Assembly (NCBI RefSeq): GCF_006345805.1
Contig: NC_043012.1
Coordinates: 37,820,001-37,884,000 of the forward strand
DNA: 64,000 nt
DNA from: Octopus sinensis
Lineage: Eukaryota
Direction of reading: 5' to 3'
Numbering within the stretch: position 1 is the first letter of the stretch; the number at the start of each line of letters is the position of its first letter. Positions 48,423 through 60,870 of this stretch are shown here, one piece after another. Both the position numbers and the translations under genes were made by a program. The notes under the pieces are model-generated. The model searched no databases. It saw only the letters and a list, made by a program, of their open reading frames with translations, and was not told the origin of the DNA.

Positions 48423-51400
48423 CCTCCAGAATTAGCAGCAAGACAAAAAAGAGCCAACCAGAGGCAAACTCAGCCGAGTCCCAACAAGTTTTGTTGCTGA
48501 GTATGGAAGGACTTACTCTGAAACCAAACGAAGCAGCTGCTACACAGAAGACTGTGAAAGGGACCAGTGAGGAATTCCCTGCCAAAAGAGAGAAACACAC
48601 AGCAAGATTTGCATGTGAACCAGTTCTTACGGCTTTTAATGAAGAATCTATAAGAAATTGTTTATCTTCTGTTTCTCAGAATGAGGAACCTTCTTCTGGT
48701 GCTGGGCTGACCAATTTAAGGTGTAACAGTACTGAGTCTTCTGAGCCAGACATTTCTGATGATGAATATTTACCTCTTAAAGAAAGAATAAAGAACTCTT
48801 GTGTACAAATTCAAAACCATAAACCAAAGAAGGAAATGTCTAGAACATCATTATTACCATCATTTACCAATTCCATTAAATCAGAAACTAACTCTGAAAC
48901 AGACTCCAAAAGCAGGAGTCAAATCCGAAACTCTGCAAGTGTATCAATGTGTTCTGATCAACAGACCAATACCATCGGTCACGGTGCCAGTATTATTGAG
49001 TCAATTGATTTAACAGGAAATTCTTATTCCTCTTGTCCAGAGATAGACTCTTCCAATGATGAAGACTCTGATGATAGCCTATATCTTCCTGTTTCTCACA
49101 AACTGCTTAACCGTTACCAAATTTCTGGTGAGTCTCAAAACGAAGATAACTTTCAGTCTAACCAATGCCTCCCATTAGATTCCTCTCAGTTTCCATGTGA
49201 TGACAGCATCAAAATAAACCATTGTGAAAGAATGGAAGAACTGAATAAATCAATAGAGTTTTCTCAAAAATTTCCAGATAATTCTGCTGAACCCTTTGAC
49301 AATTCTCAGTTATCCAAAATGGCTGAAATAACTGAACAGTTCTTCCTGTTGAATGTAAATGAAGTAGAAGCCTTGTCATCAAATCTTTCTGGAATGGTAT
49401 CAATGGCTACACTTCAACAGTGTAAGGACACTGTCGAGAGGTCATTTGGTACAGATGCCAAGCAGCTATATACGGATGCTATGAAGAGGTCATGTAGTAC
49501 AGATGCTACACAAGTGTGTACAGACACTGTTGAGAAGTCTACAGATGCTACACAAGTGTGTACAGACACTGTTGAGAGGTCATTCAGTACAGATGCTACA
49601 CAGCTGTCTACAGACACTATCAAGAGATCATTTAGTACAGATGCTACACAGCTGTGTACTGACCCTGTTGAGGGGTCATTCTGTACAGATGCTACACGAC
49701 TGTATACAGATATTATCGAGAGATCATTTAGTACAGATGCTACACAACTGTGTATGGACATTGTTGAGAGGTCATTCAGTACAGATGCTACACAGCTGTC
49801 TACAGACACTATCGAGAAGTCATTTAATACAGATGCTACACAGCTGTGTACTGACCCTGTTGAGGGGTCATTTAATACAGATGCTACACAGCTGTGTACT
49901 GACCCTGTTGAGGGGTCATTTAATACAGATGCTACACAGCTGTGTACTGACCCTGTTAAGGGGTCATTTAATACAGATGCTACACAGCTGTGTACTGACC
50001 CTGTTGAGGGGTCATTCTGTACAGATGCCACACTGCTATGTACAGATATTGTTACTGATGCGACCCAACTTTGCACTAATACTCTTGAAGTTCCATCCCA
50101 GACAGATGCCATTCAACTTTTAGCTGAAAATCAATCACTACACCCACCCATAAAAGATGGAAGCAGATTGTCGACCAAAGACACAAAATTCTATTCTGCT
50201 GGAGACTTTTCCCTCCATGATGTACAGGAGGGTCCATGCTGTTCCTTGCCACCCAGTTTGAAGACGTCTTTCAATGAATCTCTTCAACATAGAAACTGTA
50301 GCAACACAATTTCAAACTATTCTATAAACGGAGAAGACAATGCATCCCTTCTTTTTTGTAATTCCACTTCTGTTAGTAATACTATTTCTGACATAAGTAA
50401 CCATTCTCAGACCCCCGAAGACAGTTCTATGCTGTTTATGAATGACAAAAACTCTGTAAGTCCTGATCATGTTCTCAAAAATAGTTCCTTGATATCAAAT
50501 CATTGTTTAAATCCAACCAAAACTGAAACTGCTTCTCAGCATCTTGAGAATTTGTCTGAAAGTGTGTCAGACATCACAGTTTCAGAGAACACAGTAGTAG
50601 AGTTTCATGGATCAAAGACGCCAGGAGGTGCTTTAGCCATGCAAGAATTCCCTGTCTCTAACAAGGATCCTGAAGAAGATGCAATTCCATACTCATCGTT
50701 TGAAGATTATTCTTCAATTATGGATGCTGTTTATAACTTAACACCTGACTCTCTGAATTCTTTCAGTGAAAGCAGGGTGGGGAATTTTGAACTCATCTCT
50801 TCTCTTTTAGACAATTCTTCTGAATTCAAGTTGGATTCTGATTCTCCTAAAATTTCTGAAAACATGAAGACTCATATATTCAACTCGACAACTAATTCTG
50901 GTTATAAAAACCAGATGGAAATTAAATATTCTTGTAGAAAGAACTCTCTGACCAATTTGCAAAAGAATTCATGTTTTATTTTGTCTCCTTACATCAGTTC
51001 TGTAGAGAAGACATCAAGTCTTCTGAAATCTCCAAATAATGATGCCAGTTTTTCTTACAATACAACAGTTGGTTCACATGAAATGTCTGGTGCAGTACCA
51101 AATTCTTCTGCTTCTGTTCTTCAAGAAAATTTAAGAACTGGATTAAATGATAAATTGATTTTTAAATCTTCAAAAGAGTCTGCAGGTTTAGAGAATGAGA
51201 ACACTAAAGTCAAGTCTCCGCATGAAGGATATATAAGTTCATTGTCTTGTGAAAATATTCATAGTAGTCCAAAGCAAACGTCATTTCAGCAGGGAGGTTC
51301 TTCAACGTTTGAAGAGATGAGTTACCTTTCTGGTTTCGATGATTCTTTCTCCCCATTTGATGTCACCAAAACAATAACTCCGAGATCAATTAATCAGAAT

Positions 51401-51640
51401 AATCCAGTAAAATGTTGTTGGGATTATCTAAATCTTTCTCCTAATTCTTCAGATAACTCTGATGATACATTCGATAATTACAAGAGCAGTGTTAAGATGA
51501 ACACAGATATTGATCTCAAAGACCGTTATACAGATGACGCCAAACTAGAATCAAAACCAAACCCTGCATCACCACTTCCTCTTGTAATGAGGCTGGGAAA
51601 ACATTTCAATGCACAACGCATAAAGAACTTCAAGAAATAA
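48423..51640 (+). CDS. GEN1: GEN1 terminal coding exon: about 1070-aa low-complexity Ser/Thr/Asp-rich tail
   Basis: Pyrimidine tract plus AG at 48421-48422, phase-compatible with the previous exon (G/CC = Ala). Uninterrupted frame to TAA at 51638-51640. Ends SPLPLVMRL..., resembling the human GEN1 C-terminus as I recall it. Confidence 0.85.
49403..50120 (+). repeat. Coding 48-bp (16-aa) tandem repeat, about 14 units, consensus TDATQLCTDPVEGSFN
   Basis: ACAGATGCTACACAGCTGTGTACTGAC recurs every 48 nt. Two shortened units (14 and 11 aa) keep the frame. Confidence 0.95.
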
Positions 51641-52479
51641 TATTTATTTTGCAAGTATTCTTTGGTGATCACTACCACAGTTACACAATGTTGGAGCCAC
51701 CACCAGCATCTCCACCCTTATACTACCCACAATATAGTCTCTGTGACAAGGCCTGGAACAAATTCAATGAACCCGTAAAACGACTGTATGGTGCAAAGGT
51801 CACTTCAAAGCCATGTTTTCAGCTTCAACAGAACTGTGCCTCACCTTCAGCTGTTGTCGTCTACTTTAACCCCCGGTCAACCAAAGCCTCATGATTGAAA
51901 TTTAATAGACAGAAACTGTTTGGCTGCCCATCAGAGATCATTTCTGTGCTTTTGGTGTGGTAGTGTTTAGTCTCTTGGTTAAACACCATCACCTCTTCTT
52001 TCACTACTCTCCATGGAATCTGCTCAGTTGCCAGCCTTTGAGAACGGCTTCTTTCTATTAGTCTCAGAGCTCAAGAGTACCACTCTTCTTCTTATAAGTA
52101 AGTAAATCCAAAAAGAAAAACAACAACAAAAAAAGCCAAAGAAAAAAACACAAATATTGTCATAACCACTAACCCACACCATCATCTTCATCATCATCAT
52201 CATCTTCATCATCATTATCATTATCATTTTGTATTTACATTCATATTATTTAATATGACTTTATTAAGTCTGTAAAATGTATTTTCTTAATTCCAATTAT
52301 TTCTTTTGGATTTTGGGGGTTAATTAATTAGTAATTGCATGATTTTAATAAGTGTTTTCTCCAATAAGCTTCTCTTGCCAGATGGACTTTACACTCAGTT
52401 TTTAATATTTACTGTCTCTGTTCTGATATCTAGACTGCCGTACTCTAATTACCAGCGAGTCTATGTTACCAGGATCAAT

Positions 52480-52830
52480 CTCTCTCACATAGTATCTTCA
52501 TCTTTATGTTTGTTGTGAATGGGGTTGTCAATGCCTGAGGCTGTCAGCCCCTTCACCTTGCTCAGGCACAACTACAGCTTTCCTTACGAATACTGCATCA
52601 GGTCAATCTTCCAGCAGCAACCCTGATTAGATAAAAGCCCGAGAGCTTTCAGGGAGGCCTTAAAACTATCCCTGTAGTATTTGCCCTGAATGTTACTGAC
52701 TACCATCACACTCACCAAGACGCTGTAGAAAAGACATTTCAGAAATGGTTTCTGGTTCATTTTGACAATGTGATCAATCTGATCCAGCTGGGCTATAAAT
52801 AGCGGAATGGATGCTGGGTTAACACTGAAT
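52480..52830 (-). pseudogene. Old RTE-like LINE C-terminal relic
   Basis: QLDQIDHIVKMNQKPFLKCLFYSVL...KYYRDSFKASLKALGL resembles the RTE QLRWxGHxxRM...LPKxLFY...RYKDxLKASLK motif. Confidence 0.5.
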
Positions 52831-52957
52831 AACTGAGCATCTCAACCGGGCAAGTTGTCCTGCCAAAACATGGATAGCATCTGACAGTTCAGGTGGAACC
52901 TATTAAGGTTTTTGCTGTAAAGTATACATTTCACTTGTTTACATGTGTGTGCTGTAG

Positions 52958-53538
52958 AAGGTCTACCTTATGTGGTGGCTACCATATTTATATTCAAGAC
53001 CTAGTTCTCATCTAGTAACCAATAAGGTCTGTCTCACATGTAGTAGCTACCATATCTATTATACCAAGGTCTCTTTACCATGTGGCAACAACCATGTCTA
53101 TTCATTAAGGTCTATCTTACATGTTGTAGCCATGTATATACTTCATGTGGCAACCACCATGTTAATAGCCCTTAGGTCTACCTCATGTGGTAACCACCAC
53201 GTCTATAGACCTGAGTCATACCTCTCATGTGATAACCATGTCTATAATACCAAAGTGTCATGTGGTAACTATCATGTTTATACTTGCAAGGTCTGCTCAT
53301 GGGTATAATAGCAAGGTCTACCTCACATGTGGTAGTCACCATGTCTATACCTCTAAGGTATACCTTACATGTGGTAACCACCATATTTATATCCCTATGA
53401 TCTATGTTGTGGTAACTATGTATATACTACCAAGGTCTAGCTCATGTGGTAACCACTATGTCTGTAGCCCTAAGGTCTACCTCATGTGGTGACCATGATG
53501 TCTATCCTACTAAGGTCTATTTCGCATGTGGTAACTCC
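52958..53538 (+). repeat. Degenerate minisatellite of about 40-bp units, roughly 14 copies
   Basis: Recurring AAGGTCTACCTCA(CA)TGTGGTAACCACCATGTCTATA. Confidence 0.8.
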
Positions 53539-54368
53539 AAATAACTGGCTTGTCAACAGTATGTATACATTAGGTATGATACATAGATGGCTATTTTAGT
53601 TAAATACTGCCTCAGTTGTATATGCTGGTAATTTACAACATTTTTTTGACCCCACAGGTCCTGATTTCGAATCCCATCCTGACTGAATTTATCTTGTTAT
53701 GGGTCCATCAGCTAAGTACCAGTAATAGACTATACACATCATGGCCCCTGTACAGAGTTCAAATTTGAACACAGCATGACAAATTTAAAAAAAACCTCTA
53801 AATGGTTACTTGATCTGCTAAAAATAGCAGCCACTTTCATTTGGATCACATTCAAGAATTTCATTAAAAAAACAAAAAAAAAACAAAATAAAAATAAAGG
53901 GTAGATTATTCTGGATACAGTTATCATTATCACTGTAATCATCATCATCATCATCATCATCTACTTTTTCCATGCTGGCATGTGTTGGACAAGGCTTTCT
54001 CAATCAGTATTCTACACCCGGATACCCTTCCTTATTAGCAATGAAGTTGGTAATCCATTACAAATGTTCAAAGTGTTGGCCATGTAGCTCTAGATAAGTC
54101 TTTATATGGAATCTGAAATTGTGATGAACTCTCTCAAATATCTCTCACACGCTTCAACAATTCTTTGAAGAAAGTTCTTGGTCATGAATTTTTCAGAATG
54201 CACAAGTGGGGGAGTGGCTGTGTGGTCAGTAGCTTGCTTACCAACCACATGGTTCTGGGTTCAGTCCCACTGTGTGGCACCTTGGGCAAGTGTCTTCTAC
54301 TATAGACTTGGGCTGACCAAAGCCTTGTGAGTGGATTTGGTAGACGGAAACTGAAAGAAGCTTGTATA

Positions 54369-54432
<64 letters not shown>

Positions 54433-54435
<3 letters not shown>

Positions 54436-54965
54436 ATCCAGCCTTGTCTGGCCCCCGTGCTGGTGGCACGTAAAAAGCACCATCCGATCATGGCCATTTG
54501 CCAGCCTCGTCTGGCACCTGTCCAGGTGGCACATAAAAAGCACCCACTACACTCTCGAAGTGGTTGGCGTTAGGAAGGGCATTCAGCTGTAGAAACACTG
54601 CTAGATCAGACTGGACCTGGCACAGCCTTCTGGCTTCCCAGACCCCAGTTGAACCATCCAACCCATGCTAGCATGGAAAACGGACGTTAAACGATGATGA
54701 TGATGATGATGATCATCATCATCATCGTTTAACGCCCGCTTTCCATGCTAGCATGGGTTGGATGATTTGACTGAAGTCTGGCGAACCCGATGGCTGCACT
54801 AGGCTTCAATCTTGATCTGGCAGAGTTTCTACAGCTGGATGCCCTTCCTAATGCCAACCACTCTGAGAGTGTAGTGGGTGCTTTTACGTGCCACCGGCAA
54901 GGGGTCAGTCAGGCGGTAGTGGTAATGACCTCACTCAAATCTTTTTACACATGCCACTGGCACAG
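54433..54965. mobile_element. Two RTE 3'-tail elements joined tail-to-tail
   Basis: ...GTTAAAC(GAT)n directly followed by (CAT)nCGTTTAAC..., centred on 54711-54714. Confidence 0.85.
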
Positions 54966-55229
54966 GTGCCAGTAAGGTATATATATATGTTTGTGTGTCT
55001 GTGTTTGTCTCCCCAACATCGCTTGATAACTGATGCTGGTGTGTTTAAGTCCCCGTCACTTAGCAGTTTGGCAAGAGTGACTGATAGAATAAGTACTAGG
55101 CTTACAAAGAATAAGTCCTGGGGCCGATTTGATTGACTAAAAGCAGTCCTCCAGCATGGCCACAGCCAAATGACTGAAACAAATAAAAGAATAAAGGGAT
55201 TTAATATAGCCCCAGAAGAAAAAAGTCCA

Positions 55230-55660
55230 TGGGAATTAAGTCTGGTGACTGTGGTGCCCATTCAATTGGCTTGCGACACCTGAGCCGTCTCCATGGAAAC
55301 TTCATTCAGAAAATCATGAACCTGTAATGTATAATGGAGGCCGAGTCCCATCCTGCTGAAACCAGACAGGATTTCCCCTTCCAGGTGAATGCAGGTGAGG
55401 CATCATCTTGTTGCCAAACATATCCAGATACGAATCACCTGTCACAGAGCCTTCAAAATAAAACGGTCCAATTACTTGATTGTGCCAAATTCCACACCAC
55501 ACCATTACCTTGCCCCCACCTTGTTGATTATTTGCCTCCATCCAATAAGGATTGGTTTGTGAGTAATACCGGCAGTTGTGAAAAGAGATAAAAAAAAAAA
55601 AAAGAGAATGTTAGCCATTTCACATATTGCAGGATGGTGCGTGACTTTATGGCCACCCTG
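55230..55660 (-). pseudogene. Tc1/mariner transposase relic with one TIR
   Basis: KVMVWCGIW...IGPFYFEGSVTGDSYLDM...WFQQDG. TIR TA-CAGGGTGGCCATAAAGTC at 55643-55662. Confidence 0.8.
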
Positions 55661-56634
55661 TATATATAATGGCATAAAAGTGACATCAGATACCATATAT
55701 GCCATTCCTGTACGTTGTGATAAGAAAATGGAAGTAGAATGGTCCTATCTGGAATGTCTTGATCAAGTTTGACCTAGGGTTAAACAACAATGGCAGCATC
55801 TGGTGACCAAAAGAGACGGAAATGATAGGAAGAAGGATTTATGAAATACTGGTTTCAAATTTTGGCACAAGGTCAGTAATTTTGTTGGGAGGGGTAAGTT
55901 GATTACATCGACCCCAGTATTCAACTGGTACTTATTTTATTGACACAGAAAGATGAAAGGCAAAGTCGACCTTGGTGGAATTTGAACTCAGAACATACAG
56001 ACATGAAATGCCACTCTTCATTTTGCCCAGCATGCGAATGAGGTCAGTAGCATTTATATTTTATTTCTTTTTTTGATTAGGTTACAAATAATGAGTGGTG
56101 GGCTATTGTAGAGAGCCACAGATTTGGAGGACATAAATAAGATTTGTATACTGCTCTCTTCCTTTTTAATGATCATAAATAATTAGCATAAAATGAAATG
56201 AAACCAGACCAACTCATCTGAGACCATCCTCACTGGTTGTTCTCGGACACAAACTTCCTGTCCTAAAGGAATCAGAATTAAAAGCTCCCACGAAAATTTC
56301 ATGTCAGTTGGCAACAAAAGCCAGCTTAATAATTGACAAAGTTATTTTACCAAGTTCCTCCTTTATAGGTGTAGTTGGGAGTGTGTGGTTAGACGTCTGC
56401 ATCCCAACCACATGGTTCCAGGATCAGTCCCTCTGTGTGGCGCCTTGGGCAAGTGTCTTCGACTATAACTCTGGGCTGATCAAAGCCTTGTGAATGGATT
56501 TGGTAAACAAAAGCTATATACACCCATATATATACATTTTAGTTGGAATTTACAAAAATAAAAACAAAAGACGAAGACAGGTGTGTAAACAACAAACAGG
56601 TGTATTAGTTTAATGCTCGGGAAGGTGAGAAAGT

Positions 56635-56670
56635 CTTTTACGTTTCAAGTCTATGCTCTTCAATAGAAAG
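56635..56670 (-). ncRNA. Minimal hammerhead-like motif with a non-canonical core
   Basis: CUUU CUAUUGA A GAGC AUAG ACUU GAAAC GUA^AAAG. Topology is intact, but the core differs at positions 5 and 6. Confidence 0.45.
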
Positions 56671-57971
56671 GAACATGAAAAAATAGGGAATAAAAAAAGG
56701 TTTAGTGGTTAGTGATCTTTCATGGCAAATGTCAGACAGGAGAGCTAGGAAGGAGGGGAGATAATAAAGTAGTGGTGATCCCAAAACAAAGGTGCGCATG
56801 CATATGTGAGAGCCTGTATGTGTGTGTGGGTAGGGGCTGATGACCTTGACGTGTACATGTGTGGGTGCTGGGAAGTGGTCAGTGCTAGTGTGTGCAGGGT
56901 GGTGTAATGTGATGATAGCAGTTGCAATGTTTCAACAAAAAAGAGAATTACAAATGTCACTAAATGTAGTTAGGGTTTTAGAAAACACCTACATTGCTAG
57001 AAATAAGAGCTAAACTGCTCTAATGTTGTAGTTAATGCACATGAATGGAAGCATATACACTAACAGGGAGCATAATTATCCGAAAAATGCTGATTGAGAA
57101 TTCATCATACTGACATCACTTTTGGCAATCTCCGTTGCTTCATCAGTTAAGACTCCTCGATTGTTCGGCTCTCTCCAGACTTGCTTCGCCATTAGTATTT
57201 ATGGTTTTGTCACCCAAATAATTGGATGATTTAATGATTCGCTAATCTGTGTATATAAAATTAATATAAATAGAATCAATTCCAAACTTAAAGAAAAAAA
57301 TAAATTGTGGAGTTCATTTGTTTAACTAAAACCCTTTAAGATAGTGCCCACCTCCTGACCACATGGCTGCAGTCCAATGACTGAAACATAAAATATAGAA
57401 GATAAATGTGTTGCAAAAAAATAAATAAATATATTGGTGCCGCATAAAAGCACCTGTGTGACAATATGTAAAAGCATTTGTGCAGTGATGCATAAAAGCT
57501 TCATGCAGCAACACATAAAAGCATCAGTGCTGTGACACATAAAAGTGCCTGTGTGGTGTTATGTAAACGTGGCTCTGCAGTGCCATGTAAAACACATCCA
57601 GCACACTCTGTAAAGTGGTTGGCATGTTAGGAAGGGTATCCAGCTGTAGAAACGATGCTGAATCAGAATGAAGTCTGGTGCAGCCTCCTAGCTTGCCAGT
57701 TCCAGTCACACCAACCAACCAACCAACCCATGCCAGCGTGGACAACAAACGTTAAATGATGATTGAAGTTATGATTTTGAAATCCTGACCAGAACTACTT
57801 ACCATTTTAATTTTCAAAGTCGATAAAAAAAAAGTATTGCTGTAAAATAAATCAAAGTAATCAACTATGCTCTTGGAGATGTTACTCCAGCATGGTCATG
57901 GTCCAAGCACTGACACCAGGTAAAGAATTAACTGAACAAAAATGTCAGAAACAAAAGTCAAAACTCAATTT

Positions 57972-58241
57972 ACATTATTTACATTCGACAGATTTGTTCT
58001 CCTCTTGTTTGTTGTTAACATGTTTCAGCTGATATACACCTCCAGCCTTCATCAGGTGTCTTGGGGAAATTTTGAACCTGAGTTCTCATTCCTAAGCTAT
58101 TTTTCGATGTTATTATTATTATTCAGGTCACTGCCTGGGGTTAGTAGCCTGTGCTCTTAATACTACGCCATATGCCCACAGGCATGTGGCGTCAAATGTA
58201 AATAATGTACATAATTCCTCATCTCTCAAATACACAACTGT
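57972..58241. mobile_element. tRNA-headed hammerhead SINE in inverted arrangement with a 12-bp target-site duplication
   Basis: AAAACTCAATTT at 57960-57971 and 58242-58253. Minus arm runs 58176->57972 (B box deleted, hammerhead 58016-58060). Plus arm is the 3' end ending AACTGT. Confidence 0.85.
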
Positions 58242-58489
58242 AAAACTCAATTTGTAGGAAATAGCTTGAAGTTTTATTGAAATATGTAACTCAACGAAAC
58301 GGAGGAAAAAAAAAAGTAAAAGACAAACTGTTTGGTTCCTGAAAATATTTCAGCAGAAAAAGAAAAAAAATATACGAGAAATTAATAATAATAATAATAA
58401 TGATAATGATTTAGGGTTCATGAAATTGAATCATACAGTAATAAGAATTGATTATATACATGTATCTATATATATATCTACGTGTATAT

Positions 58490-58522
<33 letters not shown>

Positions 58523-58809
58523 CACACACACATATTCTGTAGTATATTATAATTATCATCAGCTATGTTATCCGTTACAGTGCTTTCGGTTTTTGGTGTT
58601 TCACCAATAATCATGTTTATTGCAAATTAAACTTTTAAAACCTGTTTTGTTTACAATCTGGTGAAAAGAAATTTTACTGCCCCACTCTTCTCTCTAAAAT
58701 TCTTTGTGACCTCAGTTATGGTTAAATCTTGACCCTGATCAGTAATAAATGGTTTCTATTTCTCAAGTGCATCTGCCAAAAAAACTTTATCATGCAACAG
58801 GGCTAATAA

Positions 58810-59770
58810 TAATAATAATAATTTTCCTTTCTACTATAGGTACAAGGCATGAAATTTGGTGGGAAGGGGACAGTCGATTAGATCAACCCCAAAAGCATGA
58901 AAGGCAAAGTCAACTGTGGTAGAATTTGAACTCAATGTAAAGACAGATGAAATATCGCTAAGCATTTCACCCGGTGTGCTAACGATTCTGCCAGCTCGCC
59001 GTCTTAATAATAATAATAATCCTTTCTACTATAGGCACAATGCTTGAAATTTTTGGGGAAGGGCCAGTCCATTAGATCGACTCCTGTGCTTGACTGGTAC
59101 TTAATTTATCGACCCTAAAAGGATGAAAGGCAAAGTTGACTTTGGCAGAATTTGAACTCAGAATGCAGAGATGGATGAAATGCTGCTCAAGATTCTGCCT
59201 TAATAATAATAATAATCTTTTCTAATATAGGCACAAAGCCTGAAATTTCGGGGAATGGGGTAAGTCAACTGGTACTTATTTCATCGCCCCACAAAAGGAT
59301 GAAAGGTAAAGTTGGCCTCGGCGGAATTTGAACTCAGACCGTAATGACAGGTGAAATGCCACTAAGCGTTTCACCTGGCTTGCTAATGATTCTGCCAGTT
59401 TGCCACCTTCTTAATAATAATAATGGTTTCAAATTTTGGCACAAGGCCAGCAATTTGGGGAGAGGGGCCAGGTTGATTACATCAATCCTATTGTTTCACT
59501 GGTACTTAATTTATCGACCCCAAAAGGATGAAAAGCAAAGTCTACCTTTGCAGAATTTGAACTCAAAATGTAAACCCGGAGAAAATGTTGCTAAGAATTC
59601 TGTCTGGCATGCTAACATTTCTACCAGCTTGCCACTTTTGTTATAATAGTAATATTAATTTAAATACAAGGCCAGCAGTTTCGAGGGGATTGGCATAGTT
59701 GATATAATTGACCCCAGGAGGGGTCAATTAGGTAAAGTTAACATTGGTGGGAATTGAGCTCAGAATATAA
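58810..59770 (-). mobile_element. Head-to-tail cluster of about 5 (ATT)n-tailed tRNA SINE copies
   Basis: Reverse complement of the family at 2845-5205, with units separated by (AAT)n. Confidence 0.8.
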
Positions 59771-60619
59771 AAAACAGGAACAAATCAAAGCTCCTACCTT
59801 TTTTTTATAAAATATTTCTGAATAATTCTGTCACCTCCCTACCATCATAGAATATTCTTAACAGACACAATGATCTGACAAACTTGTCTGTTTGCTAATG
59901 TGAGATTCCGTTTCAAATAGATAATTCTATAATTAAAATTGTAAAGTCAAGAATTTTGATAATTAAACTACTTAGTTGCATTTCTTCTGACTCTCCACTT
60001 TCTGAGTTCAAATTCCGCTGAGGTCGACTTTGTCTTTTATTTTTTGGGGTTGATTAAAGAAATACCAGTCGAGCATTGCAATGGACATAACCAACTTTTC
60101 GTCTTTGCTCAAAATTGCTGGCCTTGAGTCAAAATTTAAAAAGAATTATTTCTAAGGTTATTAGTTGATGAAATTGTTAGTGTGTTGGACAAAATACTTA
60201 TTACCGTTATATAAAGTGTTAGACAAAACGTTGTTTGTTCCTTCTCAAGCCATACTTGGCTCATAAGGGCTGCTTTCCTGGTTTCATTGTCATATAAGTT
60301 CCCCACCGGGAAAGGATGCCTGTCCATTGCAGGTGAGCTGCTAGATGCAGGAGGAAAGAGTGAGAGAAAACTGTGGTGAAAGAGTCAGCAGAAGTTCGCC
60401 ATTACCTTCTACCAGAGCCATGTGGAGCTTAGGTGTTTTGCTCATAAACACACGCATTGCCCGGTCTGAGATTCGAACAGTTGACCATGAGTCCACAGCT
60501 CTAACCACTTGGCCATGTGCCTCCATTAGACAAAATGCTCTACAATGATTTTTTTTAGCTCTTCTGAATTTAAGTTTGTCCTTCATGAAATCGGAGACCG
60601 TGCTTCGGTCACGAATGGC

Positions 60620-60870
60620 CATGGGATGTACTTAGAAATTTACCCTCCAAGGCACAAGTCTGGGCAACGTTTGTGGAAGGCCGCAGTCGCCCATGTATAC
60701 CACGCCACTGATGTAAGGGGCCAATACAACTTGGCACCAGTGATGTCACAATTCATTTCTACAGCTGGGTGAACTAGAGCAACGTGAAATAAAGTGTCTT
60801 GCTCAAGAACACAACATGCAGCCCGATCCGGGTTTTGAACTCCCAACCTCTAACCACTGAACCAGGCGCC
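60620..60870 (-). mobile_element. tRNA-derived SINE of another family
   Basis: The reverse complement has GGCGCCTGGTTCAGTGGTTAGAG...GAGTTCAAAACCC (A/B boxes) and TTGAGCAAGACAC. Confidence 0.6.

Noticed and set aside
49403-50120. CRISPR-like appearance of regularly spaced repeats (also 22145-22274 and 52958-53538)
   Set aside because: No unique spacers and no cas genes. These are eukaryotic tandem repeats.
49414-50123. ORFs 49414-50112 (-) and 49503-50123 (+) as overlapping genes
   Set aside because: Shadow frames that stay open because the 48-bp unit lacks stops in those frames.
52090-52103. AA/GTAAGT donor-like site on + and acceptor-like site on - downstream of GEN1
   Set aside because: No partner splice site or convincing reading frame was found. 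The ORF 51649-51894 is likely 3' UTR.
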